Shown in pieces: positions 30,346-41,461 of a DNA stretch of 64,000 nt. The translations under genes and the position numbers were made by a program. The notes beneath the pieces are model-generated. The model searched no databases. It had not been told where the DNA came from and worked only from the letters and a program-made list of their open reading frames with translations. Source of the stretch: Candidatus Bathyarchaeota archaeon (GTDB taxonomy: Archaea; Thermoproteota; Bathyarchaeia; 40CM-2-53-6); assembly GCA_963706285.1 (NCBI GenBank), contig CAVPLU010000010.1, positions 128,001-192,000 of the forward strand. Direction: 5' to 3'. Every line of letters starts with the position of its first letter. The stretch's first letter is position 1.

Positions 30346-31962
30346 ATGAAAACTACAGGGGTCTTCGCAAGAAAGTCTTCTGGCCTCATCAGAGTGATGT
30401 CACCGTACTCAGCTTTTGCATATAACGTGATGAACATAGGCGTCATCTTCCCATGGGTATACCTGATCTGCGTGGGAGTCTGGCCTGACGCAGACGTTCC
30501 AACAGGAATTCTGATCTGCGGAATTTTCACTGCATTCTTGGCGGTTGTCTACTCAGGTCTCGCTGCCGCAATGCCTAGGACTGGTGGCGACTATGTCTTC
30601 CAAAGCCGCACACTGAAGCCATGGATTGGCTTCGCAATAGTAGCGACAATGATCATTACGATGTTCTGCCATTGGCAGTCCCTTGCAGGATGGCTAACGT
30701 CTGTCCTGGGATTTGCGCCGCTATTTACTGGCCTCGGGTTAACGACTAACAGCATGCAGTTGCTGGATCTGGGACTCTGGTTCACCACGCCGGTAGGAAT
30801 ATGGATTACCACCGCAGTATTCTCAGCGATCGCCGCCGCTGTTCTCATTAAGAGCTTCAAATGGTTCGTTCAGATACAATGGGTCATGTGGTACGGCTTC
30901 CTTCTCAGCTTCGTGGTGATGGTCGTGATGTTCTTCATGACTCCCAACGAAGTCTTCATCGCACGATTCAATCAGGAGATGAACATACTTGCACCGAACA
31001 TACCTGACTACTATCACTACGTAACCGAGCAAGCAATCACAAACGGTTTCGTGCCGGTCGCAGGCATCTCTTTGGCCTCAACGCTCTTCGTCGTACCAGT
31101 CGCGTTGACTAGCTTGGGATGGGTTGGTTATACACAAGAGCAGGCTGGCGAAATTCAGGGAGCCTCGAGCCTCAAGAACCAGTTATTCATCAACCTAGGT
31201 GGCGGTCTTTTCAGCACGGCCATGATGATGATACTGGCATATGCGTTCATCAATTCAGTGGGACAAGGCTGGCTTGCAAGTGCATCGTACGGGAGCTACC
31301 TCACTGGGACAGTAAGTATGCCGATTCCACCCTGGTTCAGCAACCTCGCAGCAGTACTGAGCGACAATCCATTTCTCGTATTCGTGATGATAATTGGAAT
31401 ACTCCTGAACGCAATCCAGATTGTCTTCAACGTCATGATCGGTTGGACAAGAGTAGCCGTAGCCATGTCTATCGATGGTGTATTTCCAAAATTCGTCAGC
31501 AGCGTAAATGAACGAACTCACACCCCGGCAAATGCTCACATCATATTCCTGATTCTGGGCGGAATGATATACCCGTACATCTACAACTTCGTTCCCGGCT
31601 ACATCATATACACGCTAGCCGTGACGGCTGTTGCAACGGTCCTCTACATTGGAGCATCCGTGGGCGGAGCGATTTTCCCATGGACCCGAAAGCAAGTCTA
31701 TGACACATCACCTATCGCAAAGTACAAGGTCGCTGGTATCCCGGTGATCACAATCTGCGGTATCATCGCCGGAGTGTTCAGTATCTGGATGCTGTACTGG
31801 TACATGACGGTTCCAGGACTGGGAGTGGCAAATCCTGTCTCTGAGGGAATCATGCTGGCGATATTCTTGTTCTGGCTTGCGTACTACTTCATCCGACGCT
31901 GGTGGCTCAAGAGAGTAGGCATTGAGCTGGAGCTTGCCTTCAAGGAAGTACCTCCTATCTAG
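30346..31962 (+). CDS. APC-family amino acid/polyamine permease
   Basis: FARKSSGLIR, AMPRTGGDYVF, VNERTHTP; about 12-14 TM helices. Confidence 0.9.
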   Translation: MKTTGVFARKSSGLIRVMSPYSAFAYNVMNIGVIFPWVYLICVGVWPDADVPTGILICGIFTAFLAVVYSGLAAAMPRTGGDYVFQSRTLKPWIGFAIVATMIITMFCHWQSLAGWLTSVLGFAPLFTGLGLTTNSMQLLDLGLWFTTPVGIWITTAVFSAIAAAVLIKSFKWFVQIQWVMWYGFLLSFVVMVVMFFMTPNEVFIARFNQEMNILAPNIPDYYHYVTEQAITNGFVPVAGISLASTLFVVPVALTSLGWVGYTQEQAGEIQGASSLKNQLFINLGGGLFSTAMMMILAYAFINSVGQGWLASASYGSYLTGTVSMPIPPWFSNLAAVLSDNPFLVFVMIIGILLNAIQIVFNVMIGWTRVAVAMSIDGVFPKFVSSVNERTHTPANAHIIFLILGGMIYPYIYNFVPGYIIYTLAVTAVATVLYIGASVGGAIFPWTRKQVYDTSPIAKYKVAGIPVITICGIIAGVFSIWMLYWYMTVPGLGVANPVSEGIMLAIFLFWLAYYFIRRWWLKRVGIELELAFKEVPPI

Positions 31963-32050
31963 AACTGATTGAGGCCCCCTCTTTCTTTCTCTGTAGTAAA
32001 CTCGTGCAGATTTCGCGATGGCCCGAGCGTGAAGCGGGTTACACGCTCGG

Positions 32051-33451
32051 CTACCATTGCCCTGTCTTCAGATACTCATCGATGGCTTTGGCCGCCTTCT
32101 TACCTTGGCCCATCGCTACGATGACTGTCGCGCCGCCAGTGGCGACATCACCGCCGGCGAATACGCCCTTCTTTGACGTTTTCCCAGTTTCATTATCAAT
32201 GACCACGACGCCGTCCTCGCCTGTTTTCAGGTCTGGTGTGGTCTTGGGGATCAGTGGGCTCGGGCTTTGGCCTATCGCGATGATTACGGTGTCTGCAGGA
32301 ATTCGGAAGTTGGATCCTTCAATGGGAACCGGGCGTCGCCGTCCGGAGGCGTCAGGTTCTCCCAATTGATTCTGGATGCATTCCAGCTCCTTCACGCGTC
32401 CCTTCTCGTCGCCGTGGATGGCTACTGGTGTTGCGAGTAGTTTGAATTGTACTCCCTCCTCTTCGGCGTGATGGATTTCTTCAGCGCGGGCCGGCATCTC
32501 TTCGCGTGATCGACGATAGACGAGGATGGATTCTTGAGCGCCAAGCCTGAGGGCGGTGCGTGAGGAGTCCATCGCGACATTTCCTCCTCCTATAGTGATC
32601 ACGTGGCGGCCTCGTGCGATCGGTGTATCATATTCCGGAAAACGGTAGGCCTTCATCAGGTTCGCGCGGGTCAGGTATTCGTTGGCCGAATAGACGCCAC
32701 TGAGGTTCTCTCCAGGAATGTTTAGGAACCATGGTAGTCCAGCTCCGGATCCCAGAAAGATTGCATCGTACTCTTCCAGCAGCTCATTGATGGTAGCAGA
32801 GTTACCAACAACGAAATCTTTGACGAGTTTGGCTCCTAGTCGGCATACATATTCTACTTCTCGTCGAACGATAGCTTTGGGTAGACGAAACTCTGGAATT
32901 CCATAGACGAGCACTCCCCCGGCCTCGTGTAGCGCCTCGAAGATAGTCACGTGGTGACCCATTTTGACTAGGTCGGCTGCTACTGTTAGACCGGCAGGGC
33001 CGGAGCCTACAACGGCCACTTTCTTGCCTGTTGGCGGTGCTATATCCGGGATGGGCAGGTCGCCTTGTTTCGCCTCCCAGTCAGCAGCGAAACGTTCCAG
33101 TCGGCCGATAGCAACCGGTTCGAATCGTTTTGCCAAGGTGCATATTTTCTCGCATTGCTGTTCTTGGGGGCATACTCGGCCTGTGACTGCGGGAAGGGAG
33201 TTTGTTTCTTTGACGAGATTGATAGCGCCTCGGAAATCTCCAGCGGCGACCAGTTTCAAGAATAGTGGTATCTGTACGTTCACAGGGCAGCCGTTCATGC
33301 ATTCAATGCGAGCGCATTCCAGGCACCGCTGCGCCTCTGCCATGGCTTGTTCGGCGTTGTAGCCGTAAGGAACCTCGTTGAAGTTCTTGATGCGTTCAGC
33401 GGGGCTCTGTTCTGGCATCGACGTTTTCTTTGGGATTATCTTTTTCGGCAC
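32051..33451 (-). CDS. NfnB/SudA (GltD-like) subunit of NADH-dependent ferredoxin:NADP+ oxidoreductase
   Basis: EAQRCLEC, GCPV, GRVCPQEQQCE, GSGPAG, YGIPEFRLPK, GGGNVAMD. Confidence 0.92.
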   Translation of the reverse strand: MPKKIIPKKTSMPEQSPAERIKNFNEVPYGYNAEQAMAEAQRCLECARIECMNGCPVNVQIPLFLKLVAAGDFRGAINLVKETNSLPAVTGRVCPQEQQCEKICTLAKRFEPVAIGRLERFAADWEAKQGDLPIPDIAPPTGKKVAVVGSGPAGLTVAADLVKMGHHVTIFEALHEAGGVLVYGIPEFRLPKAIVRREVEYVCRLGAKLVKDFVVGNSATINELLEEYDAIFLGSGAGLPWFLNIPGENLSGVYSANEYLTRANLMKAYRFPEYDTPIARGRHVITIGGGNVAMDSSRTALRLGAQESILVYRRSREEMPARAEEIHHAEEEGVQFKLLATPVAIHGDEKGRVKELECIQNQLGEPDASGRRRPVPIEGSNFRIPADTVIIAIGQSPSPLIPKTTPDLKTGEDGVVVIDNETGKTSKKGVFAGGDVATGGATVIVAMGQGKKAAKAIDEYLKTGQW

Positions 33452-34314
33452 TAAGCCTCTGCCCTCGCCATTGCGCTATCGAGTTGGCATTGGTGTTTCC
33501 AGCGTTCAAGTGCCTCTCGTTCCTGTTCGGCGTAGAATCCTAGACGCGAAAGCAGTATGCCCCAGTTGACCTTGTGAGCATCAAATTCTGGTCCGTCAAC
33601 ACACACAAATTGCGGTCCGTCCTCCAGTACGACACGACAGCCACCACACATGCCTGTCCCATCGATCATGATTGTGTTGAGACTCACGATCGTTGATACA
33701 TTGAAGGGTTTGGTGGCTATCGAAACGAATTTCATCATTATGGGTGGTCCAATCGCCCAAACCCGAGCAATCTCCTTCCCTTTCTTCTCGAGCAGCTCTT
33801 TGAGCGGTTCGGTTACGACTGCTTTGCGCCCGTACGATCCGTCATCCGTACAGACGATTAGTTCATCCGATACAGATCTCATTCGATCTTCCCAGAAAAG
33901 GAGAGACTTGTTGCGGGCGCCAATGATGGAAATGACCTTGTTGCCGGCTTGCTTGAGGGCGCGTGCGATGGGATAGGTTGGAGCGATGCCAACTCCTCCG
34001 CCTATGCAAATCACTGTTCCGTACTTCTTGATGTCCGTTGCATGACCGAGAGGTCCGGCGACAGTGATTAGTTCGTCTCCTGGCTTCAGGGCTCCCATCT
34101 GTGTCGTGGATTTTCCAACCTCTTGGAAGATGAGCGTGATTGTGCCGGTCTCGCGATTGAAATCAGCTATGGTGAGGGGAATGCGTTCGCCGCGCTCGTC
34201 AGTTCGCACTAGGACGAATTGGCCGGCTTCTGCTTTCTTGGCCACCACAGGAGCTTCCACCACGATCAGCTTGACCGTGTCGCTTAGCACCTGTTTTTCT
34301 AGAATCTTGTACAC
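33451..34314 (-). CDS. NfnA/SudB flavoprotein [2Fe-2S] subunit
   Basis: GERIPLTIAD, GPLG, GGGVG, TDDGSYG, DGTGMCGGCRV, CVDGPEF. Confidence 0.92.
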   Translation of the reverse strand: MYKILEKQVLSDTVKLIVVEAPVVAKKAEAGQFVLVRTDERGERIPLTIADFNRETGTITLIFQEVGKSTTQMGALKPGDELITVAGPLGHATDIKKYGTVICIGGGVGIAPTYPIARALKQAGNKVISIIGARNKSLLFWEDRMRSVSDELIVCTDDGSYGRKAVVTEPLKELLEKKGKEIARVWAIGPPIMMKFVSIATKPFNVSTIVSLNTIMIDGTGMCGGCRVVLEDGPQFVCVDGPEFDAHKVNWGILLSRLGFYAEQEREALERWKHQCQLDSAMARAEA

Positions 34315-34486
34315 TCTTCAGCTCCTGAGGTCACTCCGGAAGGCTCACTTACGAGATCCTCAGTATATTCCAACCTTGCGTGGAGTTCTCGCACCTATTA
34401 TATTTACTCTGAGCAACTAGATATTTACTACAAATATACGAGAATATACTATCTCCAGCACATCTACTACGTTGGCCAGAAGGGCT

Positions 34487-35350
34487 CTATGCAAACGCTC
34501 TAAGTTGCTTGACAGTTCCGAGGTACGTTCCGTCTAAGAGTTGAACTTCCGCCTCGTTCATGCTCACGATTCCTCCTCTCAGCAAAGGGCCGAATGAGTC
34601 GATCTTCGCCCAGCCTGACCCAGAACGCTGTTTCAGGTTGATTGGTCGACCGCCTAGGAAGTCATTAAATGGAGGAACGAAAAGGCAACGAACAACCTTC
34701 AGTTCAACCCCGTAACGTTCTCTGACTCTGTCTTCGATGTTCTTGATCTTCCGGTGCTTCGACTCCTTCAGAATCGCGCGAGCCAATTTCTTTGCATTAC
34801 ATGGCGCTCGCACCCAGACGGGCCTCGTGATTCTGTAACCCAAAGCATCAGTGAATGCGACCACAGGATGTAGGTGGCCCTGAATCAGAAACTCGCACCC
34901 GAGGAGTTCAGGGGCGGGCCAGGCGTGTCCGTGAAAGAGGCCGTATCTTCCCCACAACGCGATCCCGCTTGGAGGGAGAATCTTCACTTGGCTCGGCGTC
35001 ATCGGCTCTATGTTCCCATCGTGATTTCCTTGGATGATCTGAATGTCAGACACGAGTGGAACAATCTTCTCAAAGAATTCAGGTATGTCTTTCCATTCCT
35101 CCAGCCCAGCTCCGACGACTGAATGCTTCACATCGCCTAGAAACACGATCTTGGACGGGCTCGACTTCCTAATTATGTCGATCAGACGATCTGCTAGCTT
35201 CGATGTCTGCGAGGGAACGTGAATGCCCTGCTGTGAGAGAGTAATCTCCCATCCGATGTGTAGGTCGCCCACAACAAGAACCCTCTCTCCCTCGCCTTGC
35301 AGCAGTAAGGAAGGGGAATCATCTACTGGTGCTAGACTGTAAGCGACCAA
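34487..35350 (-). CDS. Metallophosphoesterase (ICC-like, Lhr-associated type)
   Basis: GDLHIG, LGDVKH, GNHDG, HGH, GHLHP, PPFN. Confidence 0.88.
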   Translation of the reverse strand: MVAYSLAPVDDSPSLLLQGEGERVLVVGDLHIGWEITLSQQGIHVPSQTSKLADRLIDIIRKSSPSKIVFLGDVKHSVVGAGLEEWKDIPEFFEKIVPLVSDIQIIQGNHDGNIEPMTPSQVKILPPSGIALWGRYGLFHGHAWPAPELLGCEFLIQGHLHPVVAFTDALGYRITRPVWVRAPCNAKKLARAILKESKHRKIKNIEDRVRERYGVELKVVRCLFVPPFNDFLGGRPINLKQRSGSGWAKIDSFGPLLRGGIVSMNEAEVQLLDGTYLGTVKQLRAFA

Positions 35351-35468
35351 ACTGCGCCACCACTCCCTCTAGTGGTTATAGGGCTCCTCCAATGTTGGGG
35401 TTCTTTCAACATATCCTTAATGGAAGGAGTGAGGCTCTCATGGGCCAGTCAATTTGGTTTGGTAAGCT

Positions 35469-35894
35469 ATGTCGCAAGCATACGACCTAGAACTGACGAC
35501 GATCGAAGCCGTATGTCAGAACGTAGCATCCTCCCACACGCTGACGGATGCTCAACGAGTTAGACTCGAGGAACAATTCGGCGACCGATTCAAGAACGCC
35601 TTGGAGTTGGTGGATAATCAAAAGGTGCACAGGTACAAGTTCAAACCGAGCGGAAGAACGATTTGGACTGTGAATGGCAGAAAGGGCGTCTATCAAGTTA
35701 TCCCGGAGACGAACTTCTGCAACTGTGACGACTACTATTTTCGAGTGATGGATGGCAAGAGAGCATTGTGCTATCATATAATCGCGCAGAAGATTGCGTC
35801 CGCGATTGGAAGACATGAGACCAGCGACCTCCGGGATGTCCAGTACAGTGAGATCACGAAGCAGTGGAGGTCGAGGGCTGAGGCCGTCCCCTAG
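35469..35894 (+). CDS. SWIM zinc-finger protein
   Basis: FCNCDDYYFRV....LCYH. Confidence 0.85.
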   Translation: MSQAYDLELTTIEAVCQNVASSHTLTDAQRVRLEEQFGDRFKNALELVDNQKVHRYKFKPSGRTIWTVNGRKGVYQVIPETNFCNCDDYYFRVMDGKRALCYHIIAQKIASAIGRHETSDLRDVQYSEITKQWRSRAEAVP

Positions 35895-35966
35895 CGCCAG
35901 TTCGATGCTTCTACAGAATTGTTTAAATCAGAACCTTCTGTCTAGCACGCAAGATGGCGCTCAGCT

Positions 35967-36071
35967 TTGACACCTGACGAATTCTATGGTCTCTTGCAGA
36001 TCACAATTGTGCTTCTCGCGTCTGTTGCACTCATCTTGACTTTTGCCTATCTCGCATACGAGAAGAGCTGA
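35967..36071 (+). CDS. 34-aa single-pass membrane microprotein (not in ORF track)
   Basis: TTG start, MTPDEFYGLLQITIVLLASVALILTFAYLAYEKS; TTTAAA box at about 35922. Confidence 0.5.
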   Translation: MTPDEFYGLLQITIVLLASVALILTFAYLAYEKS

Positions 36072-36225
36072 CTGCGCAACTCTGGCATCATCGTGACGCA
36101 GAAATTTCCATCCCACGCTAGCCTACCGGCCCGCGACGAAATCAATAAACCGAAGATCGGGATTCGCAGAACTAGCGTGGAAACGAGCAACATCGAGGCC
36201 CGGCAGCAGCCTCCACAATTCAGCC

Positions 36226-39104
36226 ATGTTGAGTCAGGAAGGTGCGTCTTTGGCCGATGATGCTTTTGCTCTGTTGCAGAAACCGCTTCAGGAGCAAATT
36301 GCCAGACTAGAGATAGCTGAAGCCAGCGATATTCAGAGGTTGGCGATTCCGCCGATTCTTGAAGGCAAGAACGCAGTTCTCATAGCTCCGACTGGAACTG
36401 GGAAGACCCTGGCTGCCGTTCTTCCCGTCTTTGATCTCTTTGTTGCAGCGAGAAGCAGAGACGAGACACGCGGCATATCGATACTGTATGTTACGCCTCT
36501 TCGTGCGCTCAATAGAGATATCCTACGCAGAGTTTCTGACCTAGGCGCGGAGCTTGGCATCAAGGTCCAAGTTAGGCATGGCGACACAGCGACTTCCACC
36601 CGGGTTCTTCAGGCGAAGTCTCCACCCCACATGTTGATCACTACGCCGGAAACGCTTCAAGCAATTCTGCCTGGCAAACGCATGCGTGAGCACCTTAGGA
36701 ATGTCAGATGGGCGATTGTGGACGAGATACACGAGTTGGCAGCAGACAAACGTGGAGTCCAGCTTGCGCTCGGACTTGAGCGTTTGCGAAACCTCACGGG
36801 TCAAGATTTCCAGAGGATAGGGCTCTCAGCAACCGTTGGAGACGAGGATAAGATCGCCAAGTTCCTTGCAGGCTCCGAGAGAGACGCAGTTATCGTGAAG
36901 TCTAGGGAGGGACGAGGCTTTGAAGTTCAAGTTGATTACGTCTCACCGACCTCCAAAGATCGAGAGAACGGTGAGAAATTTAGTGTTCCACCGTCCACGA
37001 TCGCTCGCGCGAGACGCATTGCGGAACTGATACACGAGAAGAATTCTGTGCTTGTGTTCACGAACACTCGCGAACATGCGGAAGCTGTCGGGTCTCAACT
37101 CAAGGCTCTTGATCCCAACGCGCCGGTCCGCGTTCACCATGGCTCTCTCTCAAAGGAGATTCGAGAAGAAGTGGAAGAGGACTTTCAGACCGGCAAAGTC
37201 AAAGCGGTGGTTTGCACCTCCTCGCTCGAGCTGGGAATCGACGTAGGCTCGGTCGATTTCATCATCCAATACATGTCACCACGACAAGCAGCTCGCCTAA
37301 TTCAGAGAATAGGCAGAAGCGAGCACAGGCTCCGCGGCGTCGCGAAAGGCGTCATCCTCGGCACATCTGTAGACGACATTCTTGAGGCAGCCGTCATCGC
37401 GCAAAACGCAAAGAGCGAAAAACTCGAACCAACGGTGATCCACGAGAACGCGCTTGACGTGCTTGCTCATCAGATAGCGGGCTTAGTTCTAGACTTGCGC
37501 AGACTCACCGTTGGGGAAGCGCTTGAGATTGTCAAGCGTGCGTATCCGTACCGTGATCTAACGCCAGAGGCTTTCATGTCGGTTGTGAAACAGCTTGGAA
37601 TTGGTAGAGTAATCACAGTCCAAGAAGATATACTCAGAGTTCGATTTCCGAATACGTTCAGGTACTACTATCAAAATCTGTCAATGATACCTGACATGAA
37701 GAGATATCTCGTATTCGACTTTTTCCGAAAACGCAAGATCGGTACACTCGATCAAGACTTCGTTGCGCGTAAGTGCAAGTCGGGAACCGAGCTTATCATG
37801 CATGGTCAAACGTGGAGGGTGATCGCTGTCAATGAAGACCAACTCTCGGTCGAGGTAGAACCGACCGCCCCTACTCTAAACGCGATTCCAAGCTGGGAAG
37901 GCGAGATCATACCGGTCAGCTACGAAGTAGCTAGTGAGGTTGGAAAACTGCGAGGCCTGATTTCTGCGGGACTTGACGACCCTGCAAAGGGTGCTGAGCT
38001 CGGCGATAGATTTGCAGGTGACGCAGGAAGCGATGCAGAAGTCCATTGAATCGATCCGATCTCAGAAGGAATCGTATCCTGTCCCGACCGATGCTGTAGC
38101 GACCGTTGAGAAGTTCGAGAACTGCGTCGTCGTACATACTTGCCTCGGCACCTTAGCGAATGAAACCATATCATTGGCGTTGACTTCACTGCTCGGCGCA
38201 AGACTAGGGATAAATGCTGTAGCACAGACCGATTCCTACAGAATTGCGCTCGTCTTTCCATTCAAGATAGAACCAACTCTAGTTGAAAGAGAGCTACAGC
38301 AGCTGAGCCCCGACGAGCTTGAGAAGGTGGTTGTCAACGCGCTAGAGATGTCCGACATGTTTGCGTGGAGACACTGGCATGTCGCGAAGAGATTCGGCGC
38401 GGTCGAACGGACCGCTGAATACAAGGCAAGCCGAGGTAGACTTCTTGTGAAAATCTTCAAGGGCACTCCGCTTGAGGAAGAAACAAGAAGAGAAGTCTTT
38501 CTCGAAAAACTCGACTTGGAGCATGCAAAGAAGTTCATTGAGCAAGTCAGAAATGGCTCAGTCTCGCTGCAGGTCGTGAAGGAAACGCCGGGAAGCTGTT
38601 CTCCCCTCGCCCTTACCCATTGTAGACAAGATCATTCCGCATGATCTTCTTCGACCTGCCATCCCGAGCAAGAGCCTCACTCAGATTATCAAAGAAAGAC
38701 TTCTCGCGAGTCGCGTTCGTCTTGTTTGCGTCTACAAAGGCGACTGGGACGGAATCAGAGTGGTCGGCGACCTTCCGGAGACCATAAAGTGTCCTCACTG
38801 CAAATCGACGCTAATCGCGGCGACATACCTAGGCGATGACGGACTCGCCAAGACTGTGAAAAGACGACTTCACCATCAGAAACTCTCTGATGAAGAAGAA
38901 CAAGCGTACAAACGCGCTTGGCTTAGCGCGAGCCTAATGCAGACAAACGGCAAGAAAGCGGCAGTCGTGATGAGCGGAAGAGGAGTCGGACCAACCACTG
39001 CCATCAGAGTATTGAGAAAGTTGCATCGGACAGAAGAGGACTTCTACGTTGACATACTCAAAGCCGAACGCGAATATGCAAGAACGAGGCTTTTCTGGGA
39101 TTGA
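36226..39104 (+). CDS. lhr: Lhr-family DEAD/H helicase, 1-nt indels near 38012 and 38612
   Basis: APTGTGKT, TPLRALNRD, RHGDT, TTPETL, DEIHE, HHGSLS, SSLELGIDVG, QRIGRS, IPSWEGE, C-terminal CPHC and GRGVGP. Confidence 0.92.
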
Positions 39105-39181
39105 AGTGATCTTCAACTCCACTATTCTAGGGACTTGATGATGCAGCTGCCTTTGGCATGTCCATGAGTCAATGAACTTAT

Positions 39182-39470
39182 TCACGCGAATACAATCGAA
39201 GCAAAGTAGTTCAAGATGGTCATCAACAGGAAGCCTGTCATGAAACTTGCAGTCGCTACTCTTTCGAATCCGTGACTGTGGCTTTCAGGAACCATTTCAT
39301 CGAAAATGACGTAGAGCATGGCGCCTCCAGCGAAGGCGAGTGCGTAAGGGAGAAGCGCCTGGAACAGGCCTACGACGACGAGAGCCGTGATTGCGCAGTA
39401 GGCTCTATGAAGCCTGAGATAGCTCCTGCGATGAAGCTACTTCGGGTTGAGTAGCCAGGCTTGTGGTCAT
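39182..39470 (-). pseudogene. C-terminal fragment of a ZIP (ZupT/GufA) metal transporter (not in ORF track)
   Basis: Minus strand reads AGAISGFIEP..LLPYALAFAGGAMLYVIFDEMVPESHSHG..ATASFMTGFLLMTIL-stop; 5' two-thirds absent. Confidence 0.75.
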
Positions 39471-39558
39471 GCTTGCGAGGACGCTAAGGATAACCGCTTG
39501 GGGATCCAACAACTGCACGTTCGCTCCGAAGAGACAGAGCTTCGAGCCCTTTTCTAGT

Positions 39559-40473
39559 CTATGAAGATGTCTGTTCCCAGAATAGATGGTACATGAGGTA
39601 GAATGCAGCGATTCCGCTATACGGTGCGAACTTCTTGGTCAGGGTGTTACTGACCTCTTCTGAGGAGACGTTTCTTCCTTTGAAGTAGATTTGCGATACC
39701 GCTCGCCTTATTCCGAGATCATCAGCTGGAAGGGAATTCACGCGACCCATACCACGTACAAGTGTATACTTCGCAGTCCATTCTCCAATTCCTCGGAGCT
39801 TGGTCAATTCAGCTACAGCTTGCTCGTCATCCATTCGTGACAGCCCGTTCAAGTCGAACTCGTCGTTCGCGATTTTCTTTGAGAACTCGGCTATGTATCG
39901 CGCCTTGGCAGCACTTAGGCCGACCTTCCTCAATCCAGCAGGTTTGGCTTTTGCGAGTGACTCTGATGTTGGAAAGCCGTAGAATGTTCTTCCTTCTCGA
40001 GTTATCGTGTTGCCATATCTCTGTACAAGTCGTGAGCGAATTGCGATTGCGGCGTAAAGCGAGATCTGCTGTTCGGTAATCGCGATGATAACAGATTCAA
40101 AGATGGTCGGGGGGCGTATCGGTCTGAGGCCTCTGAGCTTCTTCGCAATATTTCTCATGGCTGAGTCCTTTCTTGCGATTGCATAGAATTGGTCGAAGTC
40201 AAATGTCGGTTCGAACATTGATCGGAGCACGTGTTTCACTGCAAAGATTTCAGATGCGCTATTCAGCAACGGATACGTGCCGACAAACAGTCTTGGCTGC
40301 TCTATCGTTCCTCTCGATGAAACTGAAACGAGGATCGGCTTCTTGTTTGTCCGGAGGACTCTCATGTAGACATTGTCTTCATAGAGGTCTGGCAGGCTGT
40401 TTTGGAAACGTGAGTGCATCTGAGCACTCCTCTGAAAGTCGAATGGTGGTTTGGGACGCATGGTGAAGGACAT
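39559..40473 (-). CDS. alkA: AlkA-type 3-methyladenine DNA glycosylase
   Basis: PKPPFDF, IAITEQQIS, FPT, HhH LRGIGEWTA, PADDLG; start taken at the internal ATG. Confidence 0.88.
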   Translation of the reverse strand: MSFTMRPKPPFDFQRSAQMHSRFQNSLPDLYEDNVYMRVLRTNKKPILVSVSSRGTIEQPRLFVGTYPLLNSASEIFAVKHVLRSMFEPTFDFDQFYAIARKDSAMRNIAKKLRGLRPIRPPTIFESVIIAITEQQISLYAAIAIRSRLVQRYGNTITREGRTFYGFPTSESLAKAKPAGLRKVGLSAAKARYIAEFSKKIANDEFDLNGLSRMDDEQAVAELTKLRGIGEWTAKYTLVRGMGRVNSLPADDLGIRRAVSQIYFKGRNVSSEEVSNTLTKKFAPYSGIAAFYLMYHLFWEQTSS

Positions 40474-40570
40474 GTACAATCTACTCGAACTGTTCGCAGC
40501 AAGTCGTAGTGATGCTCGACGATGAATCAGGACCGGGACAATGTGCGTTCTTCTTTGCGTGGGATCTCTG

Positions 40571-41200
40571 CTACACAGTGCGCGTGAATAGTCTGTATTT
40601 TCCTTCTCCACTCAGTTCGTCCACGATTCTCTTTGCGAGGACTTTGACTGGATCAGAAGTTTTTGTTCTCTCTTGGATGTCTTTGAAGCTTGTGAATTGT
40701 TTCTTTTCTCGAGCGTTAACGATCTGCCACATTGACTTCTTTCCTATTCCTGGAAGCAGTTCCAGAGCGTGCATTCTTGGTGTGACCGGCTGCGAGACAT
40801 TGAAGAACCCTACAAATCTTTCCTCTTGATGTCTGATGAGTGTCTCGAGCACAGGTTGCATTTCCGCTTTGGCGCTCGCCGTCAGTTCCTGGTAGCTGAC
40901 TCTTCCCATTACGCGTTCGATCTTTTCGCGTCGTTCTCGCCCGACGTAGATTCGTTCATGTGGTGTCGCAACAGCGCCTTGCTTCAGTTCCGCTTCGAGA
41001 AGCGTGAAGTATGTCTCTCCGATGACTTGAACCGTGGGTGCCGCTACGTGTCTCGGTCTCTCGGCGGAGGGTCTACCGTAGCTAAGGAAGTCAAGCACGT
41101 AAGCATACTCTTCATAGAGTCTAGGCCGGAGAGCGTCTTCCTTGCTTTGACGATCACTTGAAGTGCTGTATCTTTCATGACTGCCTCTTGATTCCATCAA
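40571..41200 (-). CDS. DUF655 putative RNA-binding protein
   Basis: YEEYAYVLDFL, IGETYFTLLE, RMHALELLPGIGKK; usual neighbour of rpo4. Confidence 0.92.
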   Translation of the reverse strand: MMESRGSHERYSTSSDRQSKEDALRPRLYEEYAYVLDFLSYGRPSAERPRHVAAPTVQVIGETYFTLLEAELKQGAVATPHERIYVGRERREKIERVMGRVSYQELTASAKAEMQPVLETLIRHQEERFVGFFNVSQPVTPRMHALELLPGIGKKSMWQIVNAREKKQFTSFKDIQERTKTSDPVKVLAKRIVDELSGEGKYRLFTRTV

Positions 41201-41461
41201 GAATCACTTCGCGATTTGATTCCTGCGTCCTGCGGGAACTAACAGTTGAGCAAAATGTCCTCTGCGCGGTACTCAGGGGTTGGTGGAATCAGGAACGTCT
41301 TCCGGGACGCAGACATGGGTTGCTCTTCCTGAGGGAGAGTGTTCGTCTCGTCGCGGTCAAAAGTCTTTCGGGAAACTCATCTATGGAGGTGCTTGAAGTG
41401 GTTTGGTGACATACAGAGGCCGTGCAAAGATCATATTGGTTGGATGGCGTGATTCACACGT

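Noticed and set aside
41200-41461. 260-nt gap between rpo4 and DUF655 as a hidden gene or RNA
   Set aside because: No convincing ORF on the coding strand and no clear structure found.
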